A DNA stretch of 64,000 nucleotides. Source: Eledone cirrhosa. Taxonomy: Eukaryota. A program made the translations under genes and the position numbers. The stretch lies in the NCBI GenBank assembly GCA_964016885.1, contig OZ024753.1, positions 20,088,001 to 20,152,000 on the forward strand. The letters run 5' to 3'. Numbering within the stretch: the stretch's first letter is position 1; each line of letters opens with the position of its first letter. Under the pieces are notes generated by a model. It had not been told where the DNA came from. It worked only from the letters and a program-made list of their open reading frames with translations, and did not search any database. This document shows positions 1-13,086 of the stretch, in pieces.

Positions 1-275
1 CTAATTTACCCTTGTGTTCTATATTAGCATGTTGGTAGAGTACAGATGATTCTTTACTATCTTGAAGGTCTCGCCAGTGTTCATGTATCCGTTCCCCTAT
101 ACTACGAGCTGTCTCACCTATGTACACTATATTTTTATCTCTACATTGTCCTTCAGTACATCTTATGTTATATACTACATTTCTAGTTTTACAGTTAATA
201 TGGGGGCTTAATTTACAGATTATACATTTCTTATCTATACAGGGAGGTCTTTGGAAAGGGTATGTATTGCTAATA
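1..275. repeat. Dispersed repeat fragment, homologous to about 43633-43910
   Basis: ctaatttacccttgtgttctatattagcatgttggt...ctatacagggaggtcttt recurs with scattered substitutions at 43633-43890; followed by (TA)n. Confidence 0.75.
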
Positions 276-302
276 TGCATATATATATACATATATATAT
301 AT

Positions 303-556
303 AGGAGAAAGTATGACCCTGACGGCAGAGCTCAAGCCGTTTTGACGTCTATTTCTGGACTAAAGTAAAAGTTTTTTCAGTCTGTAAAAAAAACAGACTA
401 AAAAAACTCTTACTTTAGTCCAGAAATAGCCGTCGAAAAGGCTTGAGCTCTGCCGTCGGTGTCATACTTTCTCTTATTACCCACTCTACCACCCTAAGTA
501 TTGAGTACTCTGGTGCGTTATGGTCCATCTGGTTCCTTACCACAACTCCTCTGTTA
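303..556 (+). mobile_element. Fold-back mini-element (family F1, probably a Penelope pLTR remnant) carrying a hammerhead 3' half
   Basis: Inverted arms about 305-390 and 390-473 plus an unpaired 80-bp tail; flanked by (TA)n. Family copies at 11895-12036, 16372-16555, 24290-24463, 26527-26635 and 27005-27236; best copies read GAAA-CGGC..GCCG-TC-GGGGTC. Confidence 0.7.
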
Positions 557-594
557 TATATATATATGTATACACACATATATATATATATATT

Positions 595-2190
595 CTAAGG
601 CGGGTAAAATTCCCGAGATCCATGGACGAGTTCTCTCCAGCGGTCTCTGTCCCTCATTATCGCTGCCATGTCCTGCGTCTCCAACAGACCAGTGTCTGTC
701 CTTGGGGCATCAACATACGTTAACCTTGGTCTTCCTCTTCTAGTGTGTCCATGTAGGGGTTCCCAAAGGAGCACTGAGTACAATGTCAACTCTGGATGTC
801 GTTGAGCATATCCAGCCAACCTCAGTCTCCTCTGTGTCACTTTTGAGCTGACTTTTGGGATGCTCCCATACAGCTCTGAGTTTTTCATCCTCAGTGTATA
901 CTGATTAATGTTCAGATCTATCCTCAGCATTCTCGTGTAGCACCCATCCACCATCTGCGTGAGTTCCTTGGTCAGTGTCCAAGTCTCAGACCCATACAGC
1001 AGCACAGACTCCACTACAGCAATGAAGAGGCGGATTTTCAGGTCTTTACGAAGGTCCGACTTCCATACCTATCTCAAGCTGTGGCACGCCGCCCAGGCTT
1101 TGCTCTTCCTCTCAACCACATCATCTTCCGTATTCCCAATCTTTGCTCCCAAATACAGGAAGCTCTCAACCAATTCTAGCGGCTTCCCGCCTACATTAGT
1201 GATCCCCTCTGGCTTCTCAACATTCTCTACCAGATATTTTGTTTTAGTCTCATTCATTCTCAGCCCCACACTCATCGACACAGTCTCAACCTCCCGCATC
1301 AAATCCTCTGCCTCCATCACTGTATTTGTCACCAAAACCATGTCGTCGGCAAATTCAGCATCCGATACCTTTTTCGCCCTAACTCTCCTGCTCTGAGCCG
1401 GTGCTACAGTAAAGCCAGAGTTCTGGTGTTTCTCCAGTGCAAAGCGCATACAATAGTTCACTACGATGATAAAAAGGTAGGGAGCCAATGTATCTCCCTG
1501 GAGCACTCCAGCCAGCATCTCAAAGAACTCTCTCATCCCATCAGGTGTAATGACTTGGGCTTTGGTGTTGGTGTAGAGCAGTGATATCAGGTCCACTATC
1601 TTCTTGGAGATTCCATAAGCCTGTAAGATCTTCATCAGGCAGTAACGGTCCACAGAATCAAAGGCCTTCCTAAAGTAAATGAAAACCATGACCGCAGGAA
1701 GGCACTTTGCTCTAGCTCCCTCTAATATCCTCCTCAGCATCAGGATGTGACTGGTGGTTGATCTTCCCTCTCTGAAGCCGTTCTGGTTGTCCCTGAGCTT
1801 CTTCTCCATCTCAGGCTGGATCCTGTTAAGAATCATCCAGTTGAGGGTCTTTGCCACAAGTGACGTCAGTGAGATCCCCCTGTAGTTGTTGGTGTTAGAG
1901 AGATCTCCCTTCTTTGGCACTGGGAGGATGTTACTGATCCTCCACTGATTCGGGGCAACTCCTTTCTCCAGTGCCCGGTTACAGAACCCCAGGATGATAT
2001 CATCAAAATCACACCTCTTCATCACCTCTGATGCGACTCATCTTCTCCATGAGCCTTGCCCTCCTTGATCCTCTTCTTGGCTCTCTGAAGCTCCTCTCTG
2101 GTGAAGGGCTCTGTCTCAACATCCAGTTCCTCAAACAGCCGCCTGATCTCCCCAGTGCTCTGGACTGTGGAGGGTGGCTCTCCTAGTAGG
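595..2190 (-). pseudogene. RTE-clade non-LTR retrotransposon reverse transcriptase, 3' part, disrupted
   Basis: ORFs 1069-2025 and 595-1014: PVPKKGDLS..NYRGISL, QNGFREGRST, GVLQGDTLAPYLF, FADD, FLYLG, VLLYGSETWTL, RRLRLAG, RRGRP; interrupted by a stop at about 1069-1071. Confidence 0.93.
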
Positions 2191-2237
2191 GTCCTAGTTG
2201 TTGTGGAGGGTGGCTCTCCTAGTAGGGTCCTAGTTGT

Positions 2238-3080
2238 TGTCCTGGGTATGACATTAAACTACATCCAGTGGCAAGGCTCCAGTTCGGGAGTTCAGAAGTT
2301 GTGGGGAATATGGAGTTACCCCTTAGTTGTCTTGACTCCCAGGTCTGCCCTGGCCCGGGATAGTAGTACCTGTTAGGGCTCCATTTATGGGTTAAATAAC
2401 TACCTTATTCGAGTGGCGCCGGTAAGGTATTGTCAGCCATTGAAAAGAAATACGGAGAGTCGATCTAACAGCACTAGGGTTAGAGCCCCTAATTACACTG
2501 TCAAGGAGCAGCCTGGTCGTTATGACTCTGCTGGCTTAGAGCCACAGAGAGGGCCAGTGGATGATGGATCATCTCTGAGACAAATATAAAGAATGCAGTT
2601 TTGTCCTGCAGAAGAGCCATCAAAATGGGCACTTTGAATGTGAGGACTATTCGGACGCTGGAGAAGAGAGAGGAGTTGGGATATCTGTTCGAGGAGAGTG
2701 GTATACAGATACTTGCGATCCAAGAACACAGGATCCTACACGATGAGCCCGTGAGGAGTGTGATGATCGGGAAGAGGAGCCAGCTCATCACTACATCGGC
2801 AGTGAAGAACATAACAAATGCTGCAGTAGGAGGAGTGGGTTTTGTGTTCAGTGCAAAAACCAATCTATTGGTGAGGGAAATAATGCCTGCCTCCCCGCGA
2901 GTGTTGTGGGTGACCTTCAATGGAAACCCAAGACTGAGAGTCATCTCAGCCTATAGTCTAACCGAGAGGGACAGTGATGTGAGTGCGGAAGAGTTCCATG
3001 AAGAGGTGTGTAGAGCTGTCAACACCACTCAGGCACACAATATCCTGCTTGTTTTGGGGGACTTCAATGCACATCTGGTA
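2238..3080 (+). pseudogene. 5' leader and APE endonuclease N-terminus of an RTE-type LINE, inverted relative to the RT
   Basis: ORF from 2601: [34 protein letters not shown] (APE motifs); runs into (TA)n at 3086. Confidence 0.88.
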
Positions 3081-3083
3081 CTT

Positions 3084-3204
<121 letters not shown>

Positions 3205-3870
3205 ATATATTAACAAAGGAAAACTATATTTATAAAACCATATTTATTTCATTATACATATTTCAAGGACACGAAAGCAAATTATGGTGCACTTTCTTCA
3301 GATAAAATGTAATATATATCAGTTTTATAAACAAATATTGACATAGCATTATAATAATGCGACCATATCGGTTGGAAGCTCCCGGATAGTGGAGTAACTA
3401 ATTTTATTATTAGTCTATTATGCAAATTAATGTCGGAGAGGTTTAAATACCATACATTTAAATTAAGCCGTTGGAATAGGGAAAAATAAAAAAAAAATAA
3501 AAATAAAAATAAAAATAAAAATAAAAATAAAAATAAAAATAAAAATAAAAATAAAAATAAAAGGAAAAAGAAAGAGCGAACCCAAAGAAGGAAAAGAAAA
3601 GAAAAACAAAAACTAAAACGAAAGAAACAGAAAGAGAGAAAACCCTAAGTGAGAGAGTGTTGTATTAACGTAATTTTATGAAATGATGAAGCGAAAAGAT
3701 AAATATATAGTGGATGAGTTGCGCGGAGAAAATAAAGCGTGGATAGATAAATAAATAAATGGATAGATAGTAGTAACCGGAGAATGTTATCTAATATTTA
3801 AATTTGTAAAATTATTGAGATCTATAAATTAAAAATTGAGATCTATATATTATTAAAAGAATATATATAT

Positions 3871-3902
<32 letters not shown>

Positions 3903-4490
3903 GTAGAAGTTCTATTTAAATTGTTGGGATACAACAAGCAAATATTTTCATAACTGATATAAAGCACTCAACAAATTATTGGAGTAAAAATACGATATAT
4001 TAACAAATGGAAACTATATTTATAAAACCATATTTATTTCATTATACATGTTTCAAGGACACCAAGTCAAATTATGGTGCGCTTTCATCAGATAAAATAT
4101 AATATAGATCAATTTTATAAATAAATATTGACATACCCTTAAAGAATGCGACCATTTCTGTTGGGAGCTGTCCGGGAGCTTCCAACAGAAATGGTCGCAT
4201 TCTTTAAGGGTATGTCAATATTTATTTATAAAACTGATCTATATTATATTTTATCTTATGAAAGCGCACCATAATTTGACTTGGTGTCCTTGAAATATGA
4301 TGTATAATGAAATAAATATGGTTTTATAAATATAGTTTCCATTTGTTAATATATCGTATATATATATATATATACTATCAACAAATATTATTAAAATATA
4401 TGTTATTATTACATAACCTTACATAAATATATTATTAATCATCAACCATTGTTTACAACCTTACATAAATTTAATATTAATCATCAACCA
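3205..4490. repeat. Left arm of a large inverted repeat, with an internal fold-back centred near 4170
   Basis: 3205-3860 is the reverse complement of about 9690-10530; 3903-4030 of about 10490-10617; 4375-4450 of 9550-9625. 3995-4168 and 4174-4358 are reverse complements of each other. Confidence 0.8.
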
Positions 4491-4624
4491 AATGTATAAT
4501 TTGAATACATTCTATGAATGATCTCATATAAAAGGCTTTCTTAAGAAAAACTTTAAACATTAAGACGTTATAGTAAACAAACTTATATTTTAACAGTCAC
4601 AACTGTATAACAGGTGGATTTATA

Positions 4625-5746
4625 AAACTAGCTAGAAAAATGCGTACAGCAAAAAAAAAGTAATATTGTTGGAACAAACCTTTAAAAATACAGGACAAGG
4701 AAGTAAGATAAACCTTTAAAAATACAGGACAAAGAACTAAGATAAAACTTTAAAAGAATAGGACAAGGAATATAAATTTTTACAATAATATTAGTGGCAA
4801 AATTCAATTGGTAAAAAATTGAGTTTCCATCATTACACCAATTACAACTATGATGTTCCGCATGCATCCACTCCAACCATGATCACTTGTCTGTCATCTT
4901 TCCCGGTCCAACTCCTCGCGGATGACCCGGCGCAACTCGGACTGGGTCGGAGCAGGAACTGGAGGGGGAGAGGGAGGGGTACGGGTCTTGACTCTGGGAC
5001 GATGACGGCGAGTGACCAAGGTGAATGGGCCCGTGTTCGACTCGGAATCCTGCTGGTCCTCGATGACACTTTGAGGCACGGTTGACGGTTCCGGACTGGC
5101 TTCATGGGCAGTGGTAGAAGGGCAGGTGGATAGGGCAGAGTGCTTCTTCCTGGGAGAGCACTTGAAGCAGGTGAAGCCGGCGCCGGACTCGTTGAACCAC
5201 TTCCAGACAGCACTGGGCATGTTGGCGCAGCAATGATGAAAGTTGAAGCAGGCGACGAGGGGGGAGGAGGTGGAGGCGTTGGTGCAGGAGCAACAGACTG
5301 CTGATTTGGGAGTCATTGTAGCTGGGGGATGCAGGCGCTGAGGGGGCTCGAGTAGAAGGGAAGAACAGAAATGAACCATGATGACTTTTCCTACATTTTT
5401 CCTGGCCCACTTCCTCATGAACCAATGAACCAGTTGGTACAACTCGGACTTGGAGGAGGAACACAAGACAGGGATCAATTTCATTGTATTGATATTTCTC
5501 ATTAAGTAATTTCATGTTACTCAAATAAATCACTTTTATTTGATCAATTATCTATTTTTCCAATAAAATTTTTGCCACTAATATTATTGTAAAAATGTAT
5601 ATTCCTTGTCCTATTCTTTTAAAGTTTTATCTTAGTTCTTTGTCCTGTATTTTTAAAGGTTTATCTTACTTCCTTGTCCTGTATTTTTAAAGGTTTGTTC
5701 CAACAATATTACTTTTTTTTGCTGTACGCATTTTTCTAGCTAGTTT
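4625..5746. repeat. About 190-bp near-perfect inverted repeats (4625-4818 and 5555-5746) bracketing a GC-richer insert
   Basis: aaactagctagaaaaatgcgtacagc...tagtggcaaaa is mirrored by ttttgccacta...gctgtacgcatttttctagctagttt. Confidence 0.9.
4850..5316 (-). pseudogene. PHD-finger protein fragment resembling CR1/L2-type ORF1
   Basis: From ATG 5316: CCSC...ACFNFHHCC...W...FTCFKC (PHD-like spacing), then a Pro-rich linker, ELRRVIREELDRER, and after a stop/frameshift RQVIMVGV. Confidence 0.6.
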
Positions 5747-6209
5747 CCTATTTTTCAAGGCAATGCAAACAACAACTACTTAATTAAATAGTTATTACTT
5801 TAGTTACTTCTATCAAAAAATCCCAAAAATGATGTTAATGAAAACTATAGGTGAAAGTGAAGCTATTCTTTTGTGACCTCTTAGTTACTTGTACCAATTT
5901 TGAATTTAATTCAAGCTACAGTGTCAGCCTGTGCATTGGAGTCACAGAAATAAGTTGAGATATTTTATCTAATTGGTACAAGCATCCACTCCACATGGCG
6001 GGGACATAGGTCAGATCGTGGAGCACTCACCTATCTTAAAAATATTAACTTATGATAAATAAGAGTCATTTAAGAAAATACAATTTTTTTAAATTAGTAG
6101 GTGAGCATTAACAACTGAATCTAAATGGAGCAAATTTGCACCATTTGCATTTAGTTGAAAATAACATTTTAATTAAACATGACAAATTCTAATGCAATAG
6201 AAGGCAAAT

Positions 6210-6545
6210 ATCAATTTTCACATGCAAATTTTTTTGGGATTTTTTTCACGCGCGCCATTTTTGGTCGATTTTTTGTCAATTTTTCACATGCAAATTTTTT
6301 GGGGTTTTTTTGATTTTTTTTCACGCGCGCCATTTTTGTCGATTTTTTGTCAATTTTTCACATGATAATTTTTTTTTGGATTTTTGGATTTTTTTCACGC
6401 ACGCCATTTTTGTCGATTTTTTGTCAATTTTTCACATGATAATTTTTTTTGGATTTTTGTATTTTCTTCACGCGCGCCATTTTTTGTCGATTTTTCATAT
6501 GCAAATTTTTTGATTTTCTTCTCACACGCCATTTTTGTCGATTTC
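6210..6545. repeat. Degenerate tandem repeat of about 55-75 bp
   Basis: ttttcacatg...ttcacgcgcgccatttttgtcgattttttgtcaa, about 5 copies. Confidence 0.85.
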
Positions 6546-7119
6546 ATCATTTGAGTGTTCATAGTCCAAAAACAACTGTATTGCATTTTCGCGCCAGGCA
6601 AAAAAGTAATAAGCCGATCAAAAAGCCGCGAAACGTATATGGTGACTTTTTTCGAAAGCCGCGAAACGTATGAAGTGACCTTTTGCGATTTTTTTTGCGA
6701 CCATTTTGGCGAGACTTTTGCAGGGAAACAAATTTTTCATTTGTAATAGTCAAAATAAATAAGCCGATAAAAAAGCCGAGAGACGTCATTTTCATATGTC
6801 AAATGAGCACACTATTCGCACCTATCGCAAATGAGTTCACTACTCGCACCTATCGGTACAAAAAATAGCACAACTATTCACAACTATTAGTACAAATCCA
6901 AATGATTTTCTGAATTTCTAGTATATCAATCAGCGACTGCTTTGAAAGAGAACAATGCAGTGAGTGATTACTCATTTGAATATAAATAGAAGACAACCTC
7001 AACTAGTTTGCAACGTGTGACCACTTATCGCGAGATAGGAGAACATAATAGCTCCTAATTAGCTCAATGATTAATGTTTACTGCCACATTGTATCAACAT
7101 TTAAAATTCAAATTCAAAA

Positions 7120-7680
7120 AAATAACCGCAGTCACTGGGGGGGGGGGGTTCAAATAAACACCGCACCCCGAATAACCGCAGTCACTAGGGGGGGTTCGAA
7201 TAAGACCCTCACCCCAAATAACAGCAGTCACTGGGGGAGGGTTCGAATAAGCGCCTCACCCCGAATAATCGCAGTCACTGTGGGGGGGGGTTCGAATAAG
7301 CGCCGCACCCCGAATAACCGCAGTCACTGGGGGGGGGGGGGTTCGAATAAGCGCCTCACCCCGAATAATCGCAGTCACTGGGGGAGGGTTCGAATAAGCG
7401 CCGCACCCCGAATAACCGCAGTCACTGGGGGGAGGGTTCGAATAAGCGCCGCACCCCGAATAATCGCAGTCACTGGGGGGAGGGTTCGAATAAGCGCCGC
7501 ACCCCGAATAACCGCAGTCACTGGGGGGAGGGTTCGAATAAGCGCCGCACCCCGAATAATCGCAGTCACTGGGGGGAGGGTTCGAATAAGCGGGGGGGGG
7601 GGGTTCGAATAAGCGTCTCACCCCGAATAATCGCAGTCACTGGGGGAGGGTTCGAATAAGCGCCGCACCCCGAATAACCC
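7120..7680. repeat. GC-rich minisatellite of about 48 bp
   Basis: ccccgaataaccgcagtcactggggggagggttcgaataagcgccgca, about 11 copies. Confidence 0.95.
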
Positions 7681-7717
7681 CTTATCCTCCTCTGACCGGT
7701 CCCAAGAGATGCATCAA

Positions 7718-8137
7718 ATGCACAGAGCGTCACCCTTACTCACTCACTTACTCACTTGAACACAGTTTTTTTCAGCAAACTTTGATCATAACTTTTTTTG
7801 TGCTGAACGAAATTTCGAGATTTTTAGCTTAAGAGATGTGCAATGATTTACTCTCCATGCTCATATAACTTTCATGTGATTTTGATAATCGGAAGACATT
7901 CTAATAATGCTGTAAAGAGACGATTGCCAACGAAATCACTAAGACAACAATATTACTAACTAAATAAACCGACTACCGTCGGTTTAGGATATACACACAC
8001 ATACACACAAACACACACACACATATATATACATATACATATATATACATTCATATATATAACCATATACATATATACATATATACACATACATATATAT
8101 ATATATATACACATAAAACAAATATATACACATACAA

Positions 8138-8196
<59 letters not shown>

Positions 8197-8778
8197 CACA
8201 CACATACACACACATACACATATATAAGGAAAAAGCACCATACATACATATATATATATATACATATATACATATATATATATACATATATACATATATA
8301 TATACACATATATATATATATATACACACACAAACATATTATATATAAATATATATATGCACAGAGCGTCACCCTTACTCACTCACTTACTCACTTGAAC
8401 ACAGTTTTTTTCAGCAAACTTTGATCATAACTTTTTTTGTGCTGAACGAAATTTCGAGATTTTTAGCTTAAGAGATGTGCAATGATTTACTCTCCATGCT
8501 CATATAACTTTCATGTGATTTTGATAATCGGAAGACATTCTAATAATGCTGTAAAGAGACGATTGCCAACGAAATCACTAAGACAACAATATTACTATAA
8601 CTAAATAAACCGACTACCGTCGGTTTAGGATGTACACACACATACACACAAACACACACACACATATATATACATATACATATATATACATTCATATATA
8701 TAACCATATACATATATACATATATACACATACATATATATATATATATACACATAAAACAAATATATACACATACAA

Positions 8779-8839
<61 letters not shown>

Positions 8840-9282
8840 CACACACATACACACACATACACATATATAAGGAAAAAGCACCATACATACATATATATAT
8901 ATATACATATATACATATACATATATACATATATATATACACATATATATATATATATACACACACAAACATATTATATATAAATATATATATGCACAGA
9001 GCGTCACCCTTACTCACTCACTTACTCACTTGAACACAGTTTTTTTCAGCAAACTTTGATCATAACTTTTTTTGTGCTGAACGAAATTTCGAGATTTTTA
9101 GCTTAAGAGATGTGCAATGATTTACTCTCCATGCTCATATAACTTTCATGTGATTTTGATAATCGGAAGACATTCTAATAATGCTGTAAAGAGACGATTG
9201 CCAACGAAATCACTAAGACAACAATATTACTAAACCGACTACCGTCGGTTTAGGATAAACCGACTACCGTCGGTTTAGGATA
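7718..9282. repeat. About 640-bp tandem repeat (270-bp core plus complex microsatellite), possibly derived from a rolling-circle (Helentron/HINE-like) element
   Basis: Core starts at about 7718, 8357 and 8992. It contains a (ctca)n tract, cataactttt, and the hairpin taaaccgac-tacc-gtcggttta at each unit end, duplicated at 9231-9281. Rolling-circle origin is inference. Confidence 0.75.
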
Positions 9283-9549
9283 TATAAATTTTATAAAATT
9301 ATAACTTACTATAAAATAATATAAAGTTCTCTTATAATCTTAACTTTTTTTTATCATCTTAACTTTTATAACATTTAATCATTAGAACTATCTAAATTAC
9401 AAATAAATCAATTAATTTTCCCTCACACTGTATTGCTATTGCTTAGAAGAGTTTTTTCTTCAGTAAAGATCTTTGAACATTCCTATATTTTAAACATATT
9501 TTGTTATTTCTTATAAGGTTTATTGTTAATTGAAAAATTAATAATTAAT

Positions 9550-9625
9550 TGTTGGTTGATGATTAATAATAAATTTATGTAAGGTTATGTAATAATAACA
9601 TATATTTTAATAATATTTTTGATTG

Positions 9626-9676
<51 letters not shown>

Positions 9677-10620
9677 TGTGTGTGTGTATATATCTTTTAA
9701 TAATATATAGATCTCAATTTTTAATTTATAGATCTCAATAATTTTATCAAATTTAAACATTAGATAAAATTCTCCGGTTACTACTATCTATCTATTTATT
9801 TATTTATCTATCCACGCTTTATTTTCTCCGCGCAACTCATCCAACTATATATTTATCTTTTCGCTTCATCATCTCATAAAATTACGTTAATACAACACTC
9901 TCTCACTTAGGGTTTTCTCTCTTTCTGTTTCTTTTGTTTTTGTTTTTGTTTTTCTTTTGTTTTTCCTTCTTTGAGTTTGCCCTTTATTTTTCCTTTTATT
10001 TTTATTTTTATTTTTATTTTTATTTTTATTTTTATTTTTATTTTTATTTTTATTTTTATTTTTATTTTTAATTTTATTTTTATATTTATTTTTATTTTTA
10101 TTTTTATTTTTATTTTTATTTTTATTTTTATTTTTATTTTTATTTTTATTTTTTTTTTTTTTTTTTTTTTTTTTTAGTTTTATTTTTATTTTTATTTTTT
10201 TTTTTTATTTTTATTTTTATTTTTATTTTTATTTTTATTTTTATTTTTCCCTATTCCAACGGCTTAATTTTAATGTATGTTATTTAAACCTCTCCGACAC
10301 TAATTTGCATAATAGACCAATAATAAAATTAGTAACCCCACTATCCGGTAGCTTCCAACCGACATGGTCTCATTCTTTTAAGGGTATGTCAATATTTGTT
10401 TATAAAACTGATCTATATTATATTTTATCTGATAGAAAGCGCACCATAATTTGTTTGGTGTCCCTGGAAATATGTATAATGAAATAAATACGGTTTTATA
10501 AATATAGTTTCCTTTTGTTAATATATTGTATTTTTACTCCAAAGTTTGTTGAGTGCTTTATATCAGTTATAAAAAATATTTGCTTGTTGTATCCCAACAA
10601 ATTAAATATAACTTGTACAT
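9550..10620. repeat. Right arm of the large inverted repeat, including (TTTTTA)n
   Basis: Reverse complement of segments within 3205-4490. Confidence 0.8.
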
Positions 10621-10635
10621 ATATATATTATATAT

Positions 10636-11226
10636 ATGGTGGCTGCCAACTCGTTTTCGAGTACGGCCACCATTTTATATCCATGTAGGAGAAACCCTTA
10701 CCGATGCGCTGAACGAGTGTGACTTTTTAGTCCAGCCAGCGACTTGAACAGCGACTTGAACACTCTGGTACAAATACTACATTTGTGACAATTATTGACA
10801 CATAGTGCTGGGCCCATGGTACCATGTAACGACAAGTGCAGAGAGATCTCCAGATATAAAGCAATGCCTGTGCCATGAAGTTTTTATAGTGAGCAAAGGC
10901 ACTGGACAAAGACAGTCACACTCTCTTAACCAAGATGATATTTACCAAAAAGAAGAACAAGTCAACATCATTGGATACCATCAGGTTTGCAGGTGTTATA
11001 TCAGAGTTTTCCTTCTCCTAGAATTCTGCCTTGACAAAGGCTAAGGGGTCATCTCTCCCGGTGATTTTGGATGGCCATTGACTATTAAGAGCTCCTTTGC
11101 CCTTTGACAGGTTTTGTTTTTAGTCCTGCAGGATGTCCAAAGTCACCCTCCTCACCAAGAAACCTTGGTGGAGTTGCCAGTTTAGTCGCTAACGACCCAA
11201 CCATGACACAGTTTGTACTGGGATAC
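10636..11226 (-). mobile_element. About 580-bp non-coding retroposon (family H)
   Basis: Reverse complement of 23275-23855; more diverged relative at 35065-35590; all end at gcagccaycat next to (TA)n. Confidence 0.75.
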
Positions 11227-11455
11227 GAGAGAGTGAGTGAGAGAGTGAGAGGGAGAGAGTGAGAGAGAGAGGGAAATAAAGATATATATATATAAATTTA
11301 TATTTATATATACATATATATATATATAGGTTAATATTTATATATACATACATATATATATCGATAAATATTTATATATACATATATATATATAATTGAA
11401 TATAAAATAATAAGTCAAGAAAAACAAAAAGAAACCTATATACTGCAACTGCCGG

Positions 11456-11534
11456 AACACCCAGATAGCTTTGGTTGGCTGTTTCGCAATTTTAGCGAAG
11501 AAAATTACCAATTCTTTGCTCATCAGTGGGTGTT
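11456..11534 (-). ncRNA. Type I hammerhead ribozyme motif
   Basis: AACACCCA-CUGAUGA-GCAA..UUGC-GAAA-CAGC..GCUA-UC-UGGGUGUU; one mismatch in stem III; partial inverted copy at 11565-11605. Confidence 0.8.
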
Positions 11535-12033
11535 AAATTAGTAATACTTTTACTAATTTTACAACCACTGATGAGCAAAGAATTGGTAATTTCCTTCGCT
11601 AAAAGTTCCCTAACCCCTTTTAGAGATAGCTGTATAGAGCTCCCTCTTAAGGCATAACTGGCCTGCATACACAGGTCAGATTGTCATCTTACCCCTCTCC
11701 TTGTTCTACAGGCAAGTTCAGCGACCGCTACCCCCACCGGCCTCTATGAATGAACTTAACTGTGTTTTACAAAATCTTTGACCACTCCCCTGATAAATAC
11801 AACTGAGAACTCCTTGACATGAGTGTATCCGCCTATATGGAATTACACCTTGATAGGTTCAGCCAGAATACTGCTGTACTAACAATACTGCGTTAGTTCA
11901 GAAATAGCTGAGGAAACGGCCGGATCCCAGCCATCGGGATCCTGACTCTTTTCTTATTACCCACTCTACTACCCATAGTATTGAGTACTCTGGTGTGTTA
12001 TGGTCCACATGGTTCCTTACCACACTTCCTTCG

Positions 12034-12067
<34 letters not shown>

Positions 12068-12394
12068 GAGTTATAGTACCGTAAGAGAAGATAGAAAAGA
12101 GAGATATAAAGAGGGGCGATATCATAGGTGGTATTGGTCATAAGTAAGGCAGTAACTTTCAAAGGGCACCGGTAATTACCTCCCTAACCGAATTATATCC
12201 CTTTCACTGGTGTTTATACCCATAACATCTAAAATGGCATTGCATAACGATGTGATATTATACCCTCTCAGGGTTTTGTAATTAATGACTTTGCTATATG
12301 TATATCTGCCTCCGACGAAACACGTGTAAGAGCTATATAAAGATCTATTTTAACGGCTTGTAACTCTTTCATCCACTCATTATTTTGCTTATAG

Positions 12395-12469
<75 letters not shown>

Positions 12470-12744
12470 TATATACATTTATATATATATATTTATATAT
12501 ATATATATATATATATTAATATAACGTGTCCCCGTACATCTGCAGCCCCAAACCAAGTTTACACTATTTCATCTAACCTAAAATTGATGCCAAATATCTG
12601 AATAAAAAATCGTTATTTGTAGAATACTGATTAACAACATTCCTTTTTTTCTGAAATATCACTGAATACACAACATAGAGTTTCACTGTACTTAATGTCA
12701 CTCGCAATTGTTTAGTACTGTTCCGAATTATTCATGTCTATATC

Positions 12745-12854
<110 letters not shown>

Positions 12855-13086
12855 AAAATTGTTTTTTAAAGTTTATAGGTGTCCTGTGGGGCCTTAATCA
12901 TTTTGAGGTGGGGGAAATCCCCTGCCTGGGTGAAGTTAGGCCCTTGTGTTTTTATTATATTGTTGTTGTACACAATGTTTAACAGTTTTTTGTTTCTTGT
13001 GTTTATGTATGTGTATGCATGTTTTTGTTTTTGTGTGGTGTTTTTTGTTTGCTGTTGTTGTGAGCTCTTTTGTGTTGGTGTCAGTG

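Noticed and set aside
7120-7680. 48-bp array as CRISPR, a tRNA array or a repeat protein
   Set aside because: No spacers; ggttcgaat resembles a B box but no cloverleaf forms; indels break the frames
12305-12335. GAAA-CACGTG-TA half hammerhead; similar halves near 27463 and 28317
   Set aside because: No matching CUGANGA half or stem I found
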